NCBI RefSeq assembly: GCF_006345805.1
Contig: NW_021827404.1
Location: 1-10,645, forward strand
Direction of reading: 5' to 3'
Length of the DNA: 10,645 bases
Source of the DNA: Octopus sinensis
Taxonomy: Eukaryota
The notes beneath the pieces are model-generated. The model was not told the DNA's origin. It made no database searches and saw nothing but the letters and a program-made list of their open reading frames with translations. Positions 7,864-10,645 of this stretch are shown in pieces (within the stretch, counting starts at the first letter, position 1; each line of letters opens with the position of its first letter). The position numbers and the translations under genes are program-made.

Positions 7864-8258
7864 TCATCATCATCATCGTTTAACGTCCGCTTTCCATGCT
7901 AGCATGCGTTGGACGATTTTGACTGAGGGCTGGCAAGCCTGATTGCTGCACCAGGCCCCAGTCTTGATCTGGCAGTGTTTCTACAGCTGGATGCCCTTCC
8001 TAATGCCAACCATTCCGAGAGTGTAGTGGGTGCTTTTTATGGGCCATGGCACATGGGTCAGTCAGGCGGTACTGGCAATGACCTCGCTCAAATCTTTTTA
8101 CACTTGTCACTGGCACAGGTGCCAGTAAGGCAACATTGGTAACGATCACGTTCGAATGGTGCCCTTTTACGTGCCACCGTCACAGGAGCCAGTTGGCTGC
8201 TCTGGCAACGATAATGCTCAGATGGTGCTCTTGGCACCCTACTAGCACGGACACAGGC
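7864..8258 (-). mobile_element. Family B copy B3 with ~4 diverged 5' tandem units
   Basis: Body 7864-8040 resembles B2. Region 8028-8258 contains degenerate reverse complements of the 61-bp unit, e.g. atggtgcccttttacgtgccaccgtcacaggagccag at 8157-8192. Confidence 0.87.
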
Positions 8259-8417
8259 ATATATATATATATATATATACACACATACATGGGTGTGTAT
8301 GATTGTGTATAGAGGAATATATTACTCAAAGAGATTCCAGTTTTGTCTGATTTTCACGTTTTCTTCACAATCTCATAATAATTTAAGATAATGAAATAAT
8401 TGTCCAATCAGAATGGA

Positions 8418-8650
8418 TACTCTTTTACTCTCTTTTACATGTTTCAGTCATTTGACTGCGGCCATGCTGGAGCACCACCTTTTTAGTCGAGCAAATCGAC
8501 CCCAGGACTTATTCTTTGTAAGCCCAGTACTTATTCTATTGGTCTCTTTTGCCGAACCGTTAGGTTACGGGGACGTAAACACACCAGCATCGGTTTGTCA
8601 AGCAATGCTAGGGGGACAAACACAGACACAAAAACATATACACATACACG

Positions 8651-8696
<46 letters not shown>
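8418..8696 (-). mobile_element. Family A SINE copy A3, 3' half up to the central (TA)n
   Basis: Colinear with A1 5791-6020, followed by (TA)n at 8654-8696. Confidence 0.9.
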
Positions 8697-8699
<3 letters not shown>

Positions 8700-9054
8700 A
8701 GAGTTTATGAAAAAGACGAAGACAGGCGGTGTACAAAACAAACAGATGTATTAGTATAACGCTCAGGAATAGAAAAAGTCTTTTACGTTTCGAGCCTACG
8801 CTCTTCTACAGAAAGGGACACAGAAAAAACAAGGAGAGAAAAAAATCTGTCTAGTGGCTAACAATCTATCATGGCGACTAGTGCCGGACAGAAGGGTCAA
8901 ACACGAGGAGGAAAGTAGGGGAGATAACATGGTAAAGATGCCCCCCAACACAAAGGTGCGTGTGTGTATAAGAGAATATATATGTGCGTGTGAAAGAGGG
9001 CTGGTGGCCATCCATCATGACCACATTCCAGTAAATGAAACTAGTAAAGGGATA
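8697..9054 (-). mobile_element. ~360-bp insertion in the SINE's (TA)n, probably a Penelope-like element terminal fragment
   Basis: This sequence is absent from copies A1 and A2 at the homologous position, is flanked by (TA)n on both sides, and carries a minimal hammerhead-like motif. No RT or GIY-YIG coding trace is recognisable, so the family is inferred. Confidence 0.6.
8778..8819 (-). ncRNA. Minimal type I hammerhead ribozyme-like motif with variant core
   Basis: Minus strand GUCC-CUUU-CUGUAGA-A-GAGC(GUAG)GCUC-GAA-ACGU-A-AAAGAC. Stem I is CUUU/AAAG, stem II is GAGC/GCUC, stem III is the palindrome ACGU, and the cleavage triplet is GUA. The core has U at position 6 instead of A. Confidence 0.6.
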
Positions 9055-9071
9055 ATATATATATATATATA

Positions 9072-9149
9072 TGACCGGCTTCTTTCAGTTTCCATCTACC
9101 AAATCCACTCACAAGGCTTTGGTCGGTCTGAGGATATAGTAGAAGACAC
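9072..9149 (-). mobile_element. Family A SINE copy A3, continuation after the insertion; tRNA head missing
   Basis: gaccggcttctttcagtttccatctaccaaatccactcacaaggctttggtcggtctgaggatatagtagaagacac matches A1 6029-6105. Confidence 0.88.
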
Positions 9150-9167
9150 ATATGTGTGTGTGTTTGC

Positions 9168-9203
<36 letters not shown>

Positions 9204-9269
9204 ATATATTTGCATATATATATATATATGTGTGTTTGCAGATATATATATGTGCGTGTGTGTGTTTGC

Positions 9270-9303
<34 letters not shown>

Positions 9304-9331
9304 TTGCATATATGTGTGTGTGTGTGTTTGC

Positions 9332-9363
<32 letters not shown>

Positions 9364-9518
9364 GTGTGCACACTAACAGACAGACACACAGACATATATA
9401 TATTTCTACATATCTACTTACACACACACATGTATACACACACATATATTTCTACATATCTCATATCTACTTACACACACATGCACACACACATGTATAC
9501 ACACACATGCACATTGAT

Positions 9519-9549
<31 letters not shown>

Positions 9550-9690
9550 TATGTACTCACAAACATGAACATAGACACACATACATACATACATACATAC
9601 AAATACACATAGCAAGAAAAACCTGTACACACACACATCCACACAGTACATATATATATATATATACACACACACACATACATACACTCT
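9150..9690. repeat. Compound microsatellite: TG/TA block (9150-9368) followed by CA/TA block (9369-9690)
   Basis: The module tttgca(t/g)atatat recurs six times. atatatttctacatatct is duplicated near 9398 and 9444. Confidence 0.9.
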
Positions 9691-9949
9691 CTGCTGCTGC
9701 TGTAATCACCCATTACTCTATTGTCCATCAGTGAATGTGGCCCTTGGACACACAGACACAGAACCATTACGAAGCCACTGCCCCTGGACACAGTAATATC
9801 TCTTGACTGGCCCCTGGGGGGTACTTAACCAGCATATCTGTGGAGTACCTACCTGCATGTATATAGAACTGGGTGTTAACTGGGTGTTTATATTATATAA
9901 GGGTTAGAGGTCAACAACAAGGATATAGACACTGGCTCTTGGTGTGTGT

Positions 9950-9963
9950 ATATATTGATATGC

Positions 9964-10001
<38 letters not shown>

Positions 10002-10482
10002 GTGTCTGTGTGTGTGTGTGTGTGTATAAATAAATGTGATTATGTGTGTGTGTATATATATATATTTGTTGGTATATTGTATATATATGCATATATGTAT
10101 GTATATGTTTGTATGTATATATGTGTGTATATATATGTTTATATATGCATGTATATATGTATACATATATACATGTGTGTGTATGGTTATATATGCATGT
10201 GTGTATGTATGCATGGTGTGTGGGTAATGGTATTTATATGTATATATATATATATGATCATGTATGTGTGTATATCGGTGTGTGTGTGTGTATCTTGTTT
10301 AGGTCTGTGTTATTAACTTCAAGTGGAGTAGTGTCTAATGTGTAAACACTTGACTTTATACACTCTGGATGTGTGTATAATGATTGCCGTGTGTTTACAT
10401 ATCTGTCTCTGTATATCTTCGTGATTATACATAATATATGCTTGTATGCATATGTATAACACATCACATATATAATATATAT

Positions 10483-10519
<37 letters not shown>

Positions 10520-10645
10520 TCTTATACACACACACACCTCTCTATGCATATTCTGTCTGTCTGTCTGTCTGTTTATTCCATCTATCTATACTTTTGTCTT
10601 TTTCTGTCTATCTATCTATCTATCTATCTATCAACCAATCTATCT
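9950..10645. repeat. Compound (TA)n/(TG)n/(TCTG)n/(TATC)n microsatellite field
   Basis: Read directly. There is a short, less repetitive interruption at about 10300-10440. Confidence 0.88.

Noticed and set aside
8854-9612. 252-aa ORF, the longest in the window
   Set aside because: It runs across three unrelated components (insertion, SINE, microsatellite). There is no RT or GIY-YIG motif.

Overview
A non-coding, eukaryotic, microsatellite-saturated window. The repeat families look like those of cephalopods, most likely Octopus; this assignment is from recall, not a search. No credible protein-coding gene is present: all listed ORFs run through low-complexity or repeat sequence. The window contains (i) three copies plus a fragment of a tRNA-headed SINE (family A), (ii) three copies plus a tail fragment of a (TGA)n-tailed retroposon whose 5' part is a variable array of ~61-bp units (family B), (iii) a 13-copy, 107-bp tandem array whose minus-strand unit folds like a degenerate HDV-like ribozyme, with a diverged solo monomer 2 kb upstream, and (iv) a ~360-bp insertion nested in the (TA)n of a SINE that carries a minimal, variant-core hammerhead motif of the Penelope-associated type. 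The two ribozyme calls are hand-folded hypotheses and have not been tested computationally or biochemically.
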